From IMG/VR virus record IMGVR_UViG_3300020401_000016, positions 5,863 through 69,862 of that record: 64,000 nucleotides of DNA. The stretch is one strand, 5' to 3'. The position numbers and the translations under genes were made by a program. Below the pieces are notes generated by a model. It did no database searches and was not told where the DNA came from. It saw only the letters and a program-made list of their open reading frames with translations. This document shows positions 9,166 through 18,319 of this stretch, piece by piece. Source of the DNA: a virus. The first letter of the stretch is position 1. Every line of letters begins with the position of its first letter.

Positions 9166-10335
9166 ATGTCAGAACTAACAGAAGCTCGCTGGCAGGATAC
9201 AAAGACAGCATTACTAGAAGGTCTTTCTGGTAATCAGAAGTCTGTAATGGAAGTGACTTTAGAGAATACAAGATCGTATTTGAACGAAGCCGCTACGGCA
9301 GGTGCCACTTCAGCAGGTAATGTTGCAACTTTGAACAGAGTGATTCTACCAGTAATCAGACGGGTTATGCCGACTGTGATTGCTAACGAATTGGTTGGTG
9401 TACAACCGATGACTGGCCCAGTTGGACAAATCCACACTCTAAGAGTAAGATACGCTGACACAACATCAGGTGGTGCAACAACAACCACTGCTGGTGAAGA
9501 GGCGTTATCACCGTTCAAGATCGCAGAAGCATATTCTGGAAACGACGGCAATCCGGCAAAAGGTGGCGCAACAGCGGCATTAGAAGGATCTGCAGGTAAC
9601 AGATTATCAATCCAAATCTTGAAACAAACAGTTGAAGCGAAAACTCGTAAGTTATCAGCAAGATGGACTTTTGAGTCTGCTCAAGACGCTCAAGCACAGC
9701 AAGGTATCGACATCGAAGCAGAAGTAATGGCGGCATTAGCCCAAGAAATTACTGCTGAAATCGATCAAGAGATCTTAGCATCTTTGAGAGCATTAGCGGC
9801 TACAGAAGAAACATTCGACCAATCTGCTGTGTCAGGTACGGCAACATTCGTAGGTGACGAACACGCGGCTTTGGCTGTATTGATCAACAGAGTAGCGAAC
9901 AAGATCGCTCAACGTACAAGAAGAGGCGCAGGTAACTACGCAGTAGTATCACCACACGCTTTAACTGTACTTCAATCAGCAACAACTTCAGCGTTCGCAA
10001 GAACAACTGAAGGTGCATTTGCGGCTCCAACTAACAACAAAATGGTTGGTACGTTAAATGGTGCTATGAAAGTATACGTTGACACATATGCCTCAGACGC
10101 AACACCAGTATTGGTAGGTTACAAAGGTGCATCAGAATCTGATGCGGCGGCGTTCTACTGCCCATACATTCCGTTGATGTCTTCAGGCGTTGTTCTTGAT
10201 CCAACTACTTTTGAGCCAGTAGTAAGTTTCATGACTAGATATGGTTATGTAGAGTTATCAAACACTGCATCATCACTAGGTAATGCGGCAGACTACTTAG
10301 GTGAAGTAGCGATCAGCAACGTTTCTTTCTCATAA
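9166..10335 (+). CDS. gp23: Major capsid protein (T4 gp23-like)
   Basis: VGVQPMTGPVGQI, VEAKTRKLSARWT.E.AQD, EITAEIDQEI, AFYCPYIPL, FMTRYG. Confidence 0.97.
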   Translation: MSELTEARWQDTKTALLEGLSGNQKSVMEVTLENTRSYLNEAATAGATSAGNVATLNRVILPVIRRVMPTVIANELVGVQPMTGPVGQIHTLRVRYADTTSGGATTTTAGEEALSPFKIAEAYSGNDGNPAKGGATAALEGSAGNRLSIQILKQTVEAKTRKLSARWTFESAQDAQAQQGIDIEAEVMAALAQEITAEIDQEILASLRALAATEETFDQSAVSGTATFVGDEHAALAVLINRVANKIAQRTRRGAGNYAVVSPHALTVLQSATTSAFARTTEGAFAAPTNNKMVGTLNGAMKVYVDTYASDATPVLVGYKGASESDAAAFYCPYIPLMSSGVVLDPTTFEPVVSFMTRYGYVELSNTASSLGNAADYLGEVAISNVSFS

Positions 10336-10356
10336 TAGAGAGCGAAGCAAAAATTT

Positions 10357-10386
10357 AAAAGGGCGGCTTTATGTCGCCCTTTTTTA
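10357..10386 (+). terminator. Rho-independent terminator after the capsid gene
   Basis: AAAAGGGCGGC-TTTAT-GTCGCCC followed by a T run. Confidence 0.9.
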
Positions 10387-10420
10387 TTGACTGAATATCC
10401 ACATTTTTTTCAAAAAACGG

Positions 10421-10448
10421 TTGACTTTTATTTTTTTGATGCTATATT
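10421..10448 (+). promoter_or_regulatory. Sigma70-like promoter for the putative ncRNA
   Basis: TTGACT, 16-nt spacer ending TGC (extended -10), TATATT; predicted start near 10455. Confidence 0.65.
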
Positions 10449-10454
10449 GTAAAC

Positions 10455-10670
10455 ATAAGCATTAGGAACGTAATTAATTCCTAATTATAGTGCAAGGAAG
10501 AGGCCTTTACCAGAAGGGTCGAACTTGACTAACCAGGGGTGGTACCCAGGCATTATCCGGAGAACGGAAGGTGTCACATCGCAGTCACTGGCGGGGTTAG
10601 GTTGTACGTATTAGAATGGTATTCGGGTACGTGCTTGTAGGTGTAACCAAGTCCTACCTATTTTGCTTAT
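10455..10670 (+). ncRNA. Putative structured ncRNA (~216 nt), family unknown
   Basis: No ORF in the track, GC-richer than flanks; terminal pairing ATAAGCA/TGCTTAT plus at least six internal helices found by eye. Confidence 0.7.
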
Positions 10671-10740
10671 ACTTTCTTATACTACCATTTAATTTTTTAG
10701 TTGTCTTTTATCTTTCTCAACAACCAATCTAAATACTTTT

Positions 10741-10968
10741 ATGCATTGGTTAGTAATCTACTTTTACATACAAGGTAGTTGGATAGCAGGTGACTTTGTT
10801 CGTCCTGATGGTTGGAGCAGTATTGCTTACGACACTAAACAACAGTGTGTTGAAAAAATGTATATGGCTAATGAAAACCTACAAAATACTGAAGGTTTAC
10901 AAAATAAGGCTATTGCAATTTGTCAAGAATATAAACCTGGACCGTTCACAGCAACACCAAAATTCTAG
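10741..10968 (+). CDS. Hypothetical protein
   Basis: 75 aa, two Cys, TAAATA 5 nt before the ATG. Confidence 0.6.
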   Translation: MHWLVIYFYIQGSWIAGDFVRPDGWSSIAYDTKQQCVEKMYMANENLQNTEGLQNKAIAICQEYKPGPFTATPKF

Positions 10969-10997
10969 TTGACTGTTTACCAAAATTGTTGTATAAT
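10969..10997 (+). promoter_or_regulatory. Sigma70 promoter for hemB
   Basis: TTGACT-N17-TATAAT; ATG 11004 lies at the expected +1. Confidence 0.85.
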
Positions 10998-11003
10998 GTG
11001 CAT

Positions 11004-11816
11004 ATGGATTTTATACAACCAATATTTGTAAATCAGACTAGTGACATCGTGCAGGGAAAATTAGGACCTGACAATGCAAGTTTTCCTTTACAAAAAATTA
11101 ATGATGCAATCCAGAAAGATATTGACGTTGGTGTAGAAGATTTTCTTTTATTTGTTACTCCAGACAAAAAAACAAATACTCCGGATTGGAAATTTCAATC
11201 AGATGTTGTTAGTCATATCAAATCAAAATTTAACAAACAAATAAATTTAGCAGTTGATGTGTGTATGTGTTCTACTACATTAGACGGACATTGTTGTATA
11301 TTAGATAAACCACAAACCACCCAAGCACTTTTTATAGATTTAGGTCGAAAATTAAAACAAGCAGGTGCTGATATTTTAGCACCTAGTGATATGCAAAAAG
11401 ACACTGTGAAAAATTTAAAAATTGAAACACAATTACCAATACTGTCTTACATAAAGTTTAGATCAAATTTTTACAGTTCATTTAGAGACCTTGCAAATAG
11501 CACACCTAGTTCAGAAAGATTTTATCAAATCAGTGTTGCTGATCCTCACAGTGCAAAGATCATTGCTTCGCAATATGATAAAGATGGTGCTGATTACTTG
11601 ATGTTAAAGCCTGGTATGACAACTATAGATTTAATCAGTATGATAAAATGTAATACATATAAACCAGTTGGAGTGTATCAAGTCAGTGATGAATATTTAG
11701 GTTTGCCAACCGATAAACATCTTTATGAAACATATCAAATATTCGATAGAGTAGGTTGTAATTTTATGGTTACATACGGTGCAAGAAAATTAGTAACAAT
11801 GGTTAGTAAATATTAA
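11004..11816 (+). CDS. hemB: Porphobilinogen synthase (ALA dehydratase), Zn-type, lacking N-terminal arm
   Basis: DVCMCSTTLDGHC Zn site, GADILAPSDM, SYIKF..NFYSSFRD, GADYLMLKPG (Schiff-base Lys), PVGVYQVSDEY. Start set to ATG 11004 because the upstream codons overlap the promoter. Confidence 0.88.
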   Translation: MDFIQPIFVNQTSDIVQGKLGPDNASFPLQKINDAIQKDIDVGVEDFLLFVTPDKKTNTPDWKFQSDVVSHIKSKFNKQINLAVDVCMCSTTLDGHCCILDKPQTTQALFIDLGRKLKQAGADILAPSDMQKDTVKNLKIETQLPILSYIKFRSNFYSSFRDLANSTPSSERFYQISVADPHSAKIIASQYDKDGADYLMLKPGMTTIDLISMIKCNTYKPVGVYQVSDEYLGLPTDKHLYETYQIFDRVGCNFMVTYGARKLVTMVSKY

Positions 11817-11817
11817 T

Positions 11818-12087
11818 ATGCATGAAGAACTACTAAAAAAATTTAAAGATTTAAAAAATAGACTACCTATTTGGAGAAAACAACATGGCATATTCCAAAC
11901 AGATATCATGCGTATTGAAAAGAGTGCGGAAAAAACATACAATGAGTACTTAGATGTGATGATAAAATATAGGCAATCACGCAAACAACACTATGCAGAT
12001 CAAGGAGCTCAAATACTTCAAAAAGGCATAGAAACTCTAAATAAAGTGTCAAAAATAGAGTTATTAACATCTCTCAGCAAAAGATAA
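11818..12087 (+). CDS. Hypothetical basic helical protein
   Basis: 89 aa ORF, TAAATA 5 nt before the ATG. Confidence 0.65.
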   Translation: MHEELLKKFKDLKNRLPIWRKQHGIFQTDIMRIEKSAEKTYNEYLDVMIKYRQSRKQHYADQGAQILQKGIETLNKVSKIELLTSLSKR

Positions 12088-12174
12088 ATATCACTATAAA
12101 AAACGTGCCGTACATAGAGTACGGACTTATGGGGACAACACCCCGTAGACCTAGAACGTCAAAGGAGAAAACAA

Positions 12175-12633
12175 ATGGGAAGACCACTTAACAAAAGGCT
12201 GTTTACAACAGCGGCTGGCGGTGCAACTGCTGGTGCAAATGAAATAAAAGTAAACTTTAATTCAGGCGGTGGAGTAAAAGAAGGTACTATAATTAGGCAA
12301 AAAGGATCTAAAAAATTCGTTGTTGCTGAAACAGGTGCCGCAGATACGGAACACACTTGTACATTAACTACAGGAAAATTACCTGCCAATTTAGCGTCAG
12401 GTGAGATGAGTATCTCTGTACAAGGTAACGATAATGAAACTTACACAGTAAGTAAAATTGCTGGACGTAAGTTAACAGTATCAGCGCCAACATCTACTGG
12501 ATCTAACGCATTAGACGGATTATCTCTAAAATGGGATTTCGCGGCGGCTAGTGCAGGTAAAGTAAAAGTTGAAGAGGCTGGTGACGATGACGTTGCTAAC
12601 ACAGATGACGACGACTTTACAGAAGATGCATAA
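12175..12633 (+). CDS. Probable virion structural protein
   Basis: AAGGAG SD, late promoter at 12085, MGRPLNKR...IIRQKGSKKF, acidic tail. Confidence 0.6.
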   Translation: MGRPLNKRLFTTAAGGATAGANEIKVNFNSGGGVKEGTIIRQKGSKKFVVAETGAADTEHTCTLTTGKLPANLASGEMSISVQGNDNETYTVSKIAGRKLTVSAPTSTGSNALDGLSLKWDFAAASAGKVKVEEAGDDDVANTDDDDFTEDA

Positions 12634-12642
12634 TGAAGACTT

Positions 12643-12666
12643 TGTTGTGGGGGCAACCCCACAACA
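12643..12666 (+). other. Perfect 10-bp GNRA-capped hairpin (mRNA stabiliser or weak terminator)
   Basis: TGTTGTGGGG-GCAA-CCCCACAACA with no U-tract. Confidence 0.7.
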
Positions 12667-12686
12667 TACTAACAGGATTTTTATAA

Positions 12687-13712
12687 ATGAGTAAATTTTT
12701 AGTAGTCAACGATGGTGATTACACAATAAAAGTACAGTCGGGAGGAAAAATTACACTCGACACAGGTGGATCAACAGGTAGTGTAGAAATTACAGGCGAT
12801 TTAATTGTACAAGGTGATCAAACAACCATCAACACTCAAGAACTTGATGTAGAAGATTCTATTATTAGAGTAAACAGAAATGATTCGACTCCAGGTGGTG
12901 TTGCATCTCCGGGTGCTGGTATAGAAATTTACAATGGTTTAGGTGGCGGTACGGCGCAAGGTGATGATGACCAAACTGCTCCAATGTTTTTATTCACTAA
13001 AGATTTCAATCATTCTTATTGGGGATCATCAGGAAACTTATCACAAAGTGGAACTTTTATATTAAGAAGCAAAAGTTCTAACACAGATTTAATTGGTTTA
13101 AGAACGCACAATATAAATTCAGACACAGGTATTGTTTTAGAGCCAGGCGGAAACACAACAATAAGAATTGAAAAAGTAAACTATGAAACTTATCTTTCAA
13201 ATGACAATGATATACCAAACAAAAAATATGTAGATGATGAAATTAATGCTATTACACTTGGTGCCGCATTTCCAAGAATTGTAGACGGTGATAGTGAAAT
13301 AAAGATTTTTGATAATTCTACAACAGGTGCAGATTCAAGAATTGAAACAAAAATTGACAATGTTTTAAAATCATTCATTAGCAAAGATTATTTTGATGTT
13401 TACAGCACAACAATAAACTTAAATGAAGTAAGAATTGAGCAGAATGAAATTTCTACTAATTCTTCAAATGAAGATTTAATCCTTTCAGCACCAGGCACGG
13501 GTAGTGTTAAAGTGTCAGACAGTATGGTAATCAAACTGCGTCCAAACGTGTTAGATCCACTTGCTGACCCTGTATACAGCACAGAAGGTATAAAATTGTA
13601 TGCTAAAACGCCAGGTGTGGGTGACTCAGGATTATTTTTTGTAAATACAAACGACGAAAGAGACGAATTGATCAGCAAACAACGTGCTTTGGTGTTCAGT
13701 CATATGTTTTAA
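12687..13712 (+). CDS. Virion structural / fibre-associated protein
   Basis: ITGDLIVQGDQTTINT.EL.VED fibre motif, IPNKKYVD, DLILSAPGTGSV. Confidence 0.7.
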   Translation: MSKFLVVNDGDYTIKVQSGGKITLDTGGSTGSVEITGDLIVQGDQTTINTQELDVEDSIIRVNRNDSTPGGVASPGAGIEIYNGLGGGTAQGDDDQTAPMFLFTKDFNHSYWGSSGNLSQSGTFILRSKSSNTDLIGLRTHNINSDTGIVLEPGGNTTIRIEKVNYETYLSNDNDIPNKKYVDDEINAITLGAAFPRIVDGDSEIKIFDNSTTGADSRIETKIDNVLKSFISKDYFDVYSTTINLNEVRIEQNEISTNSSNEDLILSAPGTGSVKVSDSMVIKLRPNVLDPLADPVYSTEGIKLYAKTPGVGDSGLFFVNTNDERDELISKQRALVFSHMF

Positions 13713-13721
13713 GGAGCAAAG

Positions 13722-14075
13722 ATGGCAATAAACAACGTAACAGTAACGCAAGGTAGCAATGCTCAAGTGTTTGCATCTGGTACTGTGCCAGCAGGTAAAA
13801 CTTACGGAGTAACAAATATTTTAATCTGTAACACTGCGGCAGAAGACCAAACAGGAGCCAATGATGCAAGATTTAGAGTTTTTGTTGTGCCTAACGGACA
13901 AACATTTAACGCCAACAGCAACATGATAATCAATGATGCACTTTTACCAGGGGCAGAAACTTTTATCTTGGATTCAGAGAAATTGATGTTGACTGCTGGT
14001 GACACAGTTGTGGTTGAAAACACAGCAGTGAACAATGTAACTTTGATTGCAACAGTAAGTTACCTAGAGGTATAA
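13722..14075 (+). CDS. Small beta-rich virion protein (paralogue of 22675 and 36090)
   Basis: ILICN...EKLMLTAGD...TVSYLEV shared with the paralogues. Confidence 0.65.
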   Translation: MAINNVTVTQGSNAQVFASGTVPAGKTYGVTNILICNTAAEDQTGANDARFRVFVVPNGQTFNANSNMIINDALLPGAETFILDSEKLMLTAGDTVVVENTAVNNVTLIATVSYLEV

Positions 14076-14938
14076 TGCGATATCTAAAAAGACAATCAAC
14101 TAACACTAGACTAATCGCTGGAAGAGGCGTGGTGTATGACCAATATGAACAATTGATTATACCAGGTACAGGAGCAATTTTAGTTCCTAAAGGCGATACA
14201 GCAAGTAGACCTAATCCTGCAGAAGTTGGACAATTAAGATACAACACAGACACAAGAAGTTTTGAATACTATGAAGGTGTCCCTAACGGCGGTAATGCAT
14301 GGAAACAAGCAAGATTTAGAGAACCAGTTGCAGTTACAAAACAAAATTTAGGAAACGGCGATGACCTAGAAGTAAACTTTGGTCCACTTAATGCAAATGA
14401 TGTAGACTTTTACTATCCCGCAAATCCAGAACAAGTTTTAGTGATGGTAGAAAACGTTTTACAAATACCAGACACAAACTATTCAATTGTGCAACAACCT
14501 TGTTATTATCAAACTACAAACATAGGATTTGCAAGTTCCTACAATGGCTATGCGGCTATTATTGGTAGAAACAATGCACTTGTAAATTTTGTTACAAAAG
14601 GTTTTTATGCAGGACAACAAATTACTGTAAGTGGTGCATCTAACGGACAAAACAACGGTACATTCACGGTTGTAGATGTTGGTATAGATTTAAGTTTTCC
14701 ACTTACTCCATCTTTCCCATCACAAGTAAGTTATATTCAAATACAAGAAACATTGATCACAGAATCAAACGGATCGTCCCCAAATATCATAACATTAGAA
14801 GGTAAAGATTCTAATAATGCATCTTATCAATCTACAATTACCATCAATAATGTTGCGGAACCTGCCTTTTATATTAACTTTGGGACACCAGTACCAACTG
14901 GAAAACCTGTTAATGTATTACACAACTTTGACAAATAA
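14075..14938 (+). CDS. Virion structural protein
   Basis: VPKGDTASRP...GQLRYNTDTRSFEYY module also found in neighbouring fibre proteins. Confidence 0.65.
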   Translation: MRYLKRQSTNTRLIAGRGVVYDQYEQLIIPGTGAILVPKGDTASRPNPAEVGQLRYNTDTRSFEYYEGVPNGGNAWKQARFREPVAVTKQNLGNGDDLEVNFGPLNANDVDFYYPANPEQVLVMVENVLQIPDTNYSIVQQPCYYQTTNIGFASSYNGYAAIIGRNNALVNFVTKGFYAGQQITVSGASNGQNNGTFTVVDVGIDLSFPLTPSFPSQVSYIQIQETLITESNGSSPNIITLEGKDSNNASYQSTITINNVAEPAFYINFGTPVPTGKPVNVLHNFDK

Positions 14939-14980
14939 AGTCAAGCACAATATTCAATAAATACACAAAAAGGAGAAACA

Positions 14981-17900
14981 ATGGCTCACGTAGCAGGGCA
15001 CGAAGTAGGACGTATATCAGGACCATTATTAAAGTCTAATCTACAAAGGACTAGTGATTTAGCGTTCGAAACTGATCTCCTTTACATTGCACACACAAAC
15101 GGAAAAATAGGTATCAAGAACGATGCTCCTGCATTTGAACTTACAGTAGATGGTACAACAAATACTCCTGCTAGTTTAATTGCAACAAACTCCGCACAAT
15201 TAGGAAATTTTCAAGTAACAGGCACAGGATTTCAAGCGCCTACAGGTGATATTACAATAGGACTTGTTGACGGTCTTGGAAATCCTAAAGCAGGTGATAT
15301 TGTGATGAATGAACTGCGGACTGCAAGTTTAAGTTTTACAAACAGTACAATCAGTTCAAGTGATGATATTATTATACAGCCTGGACCTGGCACAGGTATT
15401 TTTAGAATACCAACAGATTTAAAATCATATGGTGATATACACGCAACTGGCGACATAACTTTTGATGGAAATCTTTTAATATCAGGAGATAATGCTAACG
15501 AAGACACAATTACAATTGGCGGTGAATTAGATAGTAATCTTGTTCCTGATCAAACTTTAACTTACAATTTAGGTAGCAACACACAGAGATGGGGACACAT
15601 TTACACAAATAGAATTTTAGATTTAAATGACGTTGCTATTCAAGGTGATTTAAGTTTCAATGGTATCGCGGTAAATTTAGGAATAGTAAACAAATGGTAT
15701 GTAAGTACAAATGGTTTAGATACATCACCAGGAGATCATCCTAACTTTGCGTTTGCAACAATTCAAAAAGCCATCGAAGCAGTTGAAGAAAGCACAGCAG
15801 GTCCGCATGAAATCCACATTTTAGCAGGTGAATATGAAGAAGTATTTCCGTTAGAAATTCCAATGAATACAACAATAAAAGGATTTTCATTAAGATCTGT
15901 TACTATTAAACCAACAGTAGCAACACAAAATAAAGATGCATTTTTATTAAATGAAGCATCATTGGTTTCCGATTTAACAGTAAAAGATTTTTATTATGAC
16001 AGTGTAAATGATACTGGTTATGCTTTTAGATTTGCACCTAATGCCGCTTTGATAGGCAAAAGTCCATACGTGCAAAATGTCACAGTAATCACAAAAGGTT
16101 CAACAATCACAGTTGCAGACCCAAGAGGTTTTGCAAGTGGTGACGCAGGTAAAGGTGTTTTATTAGATGCATCAATTGTTGATCCTTCTAGTTATGCGGC
16201 AAGTATGTTGTTCAATGCAGTAACATTTATTACACCAGGTGTGGATGCAGTCACAGTAAAAAATGGTGCTAGAATGGAATTTATAGATTGCTTTACATAC
16301 TTTGCAAATAGAGGTGTGTACATGGAACACACATTAAATCAATACACACCATCAGCAGGCAGTTACGATCCCGCTACTGGCGTGATGAGTTTAACTATTG
16401 GCAGTCACTCTATGAGAGTTGGAGAAACAATTACTATTGCAAATAACAGTTTGACTTTTACGTGTGCCATGGACAATCATCAAACAGATCACACGTACCC
16501 TAGATCAACAGATCCTTATTCAGGTAAAAAAGTTACAATTACAGAAACAACTGCAACAACTATAACTTGTAATGTTGGAGTATCTAGTAACACATCAGCA
16601 CACTTATTCAAATCAGCAACTGCAAATGCTGTAACAGAAGGCTCAATGAATGAAGTTAGAAGTATTGCAAGTGCCAATGTTTATGGAAATAAAGGAATTG
16701 AAGCAGATGGAAATGGTTGTTTAGCATACCTAATCAGTCATAACTTTGCTTACATAGGTGTAGGAAAAGATGTTACTAATGACGTAAGTTTAGTAAATCA
16801 ATTCGCGGAAGTTTTAGAATCTAATGGTGCAAAAGTAACTTTTGTCAGTCAAGATCAAGGCAGTGATTTTAGAGTGGGTAATAACTTTTTTGTTGATGCT
16901 TCGAAAGGAACAGCAACAATTGATGTAACAGGATCTGATTTGACAGGATCAAGTTTAACTATTGGAAGAAACAATATTACCTTTATAGATGCAACAAAAA
17001 TTGAAACAGGTAATTTTAGAATTACAAACAATACAATACAATCTATTGTTAATGGCATTAATGTAACATCAGCAGGTGGAACAATTAATTTTGCTGGCAA
17101 TGTTAATATGCAAAAAGACTTGACTGTATCAAACAATGTTACCATTGGCGGATCAGCAATAAACTTTGGTAATGATAGCAATGATACGATTGATTTCAGT
17201 ATGGATATTGATCAAGATTTAGTTCCAAGTACCGACGGTGCACATAATTTAGGGCAAATTAATAGACAATGGAAAAAGTTAAACAACTCAAAAACAGTGA
17301 TTGAAGACATAGAAATTCATAACAATTACATCACAGCATTTAATACAAATCAAGACCTTACTTTGCGTGGATCTGGAACTGGTTATGTAAAAATAGGTGA
17401 TTTAGATTTCAAAACAAATATTTCAAATGCAGGCGGAGATGTTGCAATAAACAGTAATACTGCTACAACAAATATTAATTCTACAGGTGCATTAGAATTG
17501 CCAATTGGAACAACAGGACAAGATCCTGCAACTGCACAATCATTAAGATTTAATTCATCATTAGGAAACTTTGTATCATACACGTCTGGACCAAGCATTT
17601 TAAGTGGTGTAACAGACTTTGATAAAGACACATATATCAGTACAGCAAGTAATCAATATACATTCTTTGCTGGCAATAATCCAACAGCACAAATTACAGG
17701 AGCAGGTACACTTGACGCTATTGCTGTAAGTTCTAACAATCAAACAAAACTAGATGGCAACAGTATCACAGTTGGTTCAAACGGTGGTCAAGGTGGAGTA
17801 TCGGCAAATGGTGCAGGTAGAGTTCTTTTTGACACATCAGATTTTGAAATAGGTAACAGTGACTGGTACGTAACAAGCACTAATTCTGACCTTGATTTTG

Positions 17901-18151
17901 CATTTAATGGCACTGTAAGAAACACCTATTTGCACTTCGATACAACTAAAGCGGCAGTTATGCCATATGGTGCCCAAGGAGTGCGTCCTGTGAACGCTAG
18001 ACAGGGTGAATTATGGTGGAACGAAACTAATAGTACACTTGAAGTTTATACAGGCACAGAATGGGTAACTTCTGTAGGTTCCCAAACAATCACTGTAACA
18101 CAGCAATTTGCAGAAGATCTTAACGTAATTTACGAATTAATATTAGCATAA
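14981..18151 (+). CDS. Large fibre/baseplate-associated structural protein
   Basis: GRISGPLLK N-terminus, YVSTNG..D/KSPYVQNVT beta-helix-like region; paralogue of 18320. Confidence 0.8.
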   Translation: MAHVAGHEVGRISGPLLKSNLQRTSDLAFETDLLYIAHTNGKIGIKNDAPAFELTVDGTTNTPASLIATNSAQLGNFQVTGTGFQAPTGDITIGLVDGLGNPKAGDIVMNELRTASLSFTNSTISSSDDIIIQPGPGTGIFRIPTDLKSYGDIHATGDITFDGNLLISGDNANEDTITIGGELDSNLVPDQTLTYNLGSNTQRWGHIYTNRILDLNDVAIQGDLSFNGIAVNLGIVNKWYVSTNGLDTSPGDHPNFAFATIQKAIEAVEESTAGPHEIHILAGEYEEVFPLEIPMNTTIKGFSLRSVTIKPTVATQNKDAFLLNEASLVSDLTVKDFYYDSVNDTGYAFRFAPNAALIGKSPYVQNVTVITKGSTITVADPRGFASGDAGKGVLLDASIVDPSSYAASMLFNAVTFITPGVDAVTVKNGARMEFIDCFTYFANRGVYMEHTLNQYTPSAGSYDPATGVMSLTIGSHSMRVGETITIANNSLTFTCAMDNHQTDHTYPRSTDPYSGKKVTITETTATTITCNVGVSSNTSAHLFKSATANAVTEGSMNEVRSIASANVYGNKGIEADGNGCLAYLISHNFAYIGVGKDVTNDVSLVNQFAEVLESNGAKVTFVSQDQGSDFRVGNNFFVDASKGTATIDVTGSDLTGSSLTIGRNNITFIDATKIETGNFRITNNTIQSIVNGINVTSAGGTINFAGNVNMQKDLTVSNNVTIGGSAINFGNDSNDTIDFSMDIDQDLVPSTDGAHNLGQINRQWKKLNNSKTVIEDIEIHNNYITAFNTNQDLTLRGSGTGYVKIGDLDFKTNISNAGGDVAINSNTATTNINSTGALELPIGTTGQDPATAQSLRFNSSLGNFVSYTSGPSILSGVTDFDKDTYISTASNQYTFFAGNNPTAQITGAGTLDAIAVSSNNQTKLDGNSITVGSNGGQGGVSANGAGRVLFDTSDFEIGNSDWYVTSTNSDLDFAFNGTVRNTYLHFDTTKAAVMPYGAQGVRPVNARQGELWWNETNSTLEVYTGTEWVTSVGSQTITVTQQFAEDLNVIYELILA

Positions 18152-18319
18152 TTCTATTGTAATAGAATCAAATACCAAAACGCGAATAAATAGTATTAAT
18201 GTTTGAGTATGACCAATATTCAATCAGGACAAACCGTGGTTAACCGGCGAAGAGTCTTTAAACAGCAAAGAATGAAAATTGGGTTAGAGGCACAAGATGC
18301 CCGTTTAAAGGAGAGATAA

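Noticed and set aside
10535-10550. T-box-like GGGTGGTACC within the ncRNA
   Set aside because: Lacks the following GCG, a Stem I specifier, a terminator and an amino-acid-related downstream gene.
12643-12666. Hairpin as intrinsic terminator
   Set aside because: No U-tract on either strand.
18225-18302. Resemblance of GGACAAACC...GGCGAAG to a c-di-GMP-I riboswitch
   Set aside because: No GNRA tetraloop/receptor or GCAAA/CCGGTCTAA pattern; kept only as an unknown structured leader.
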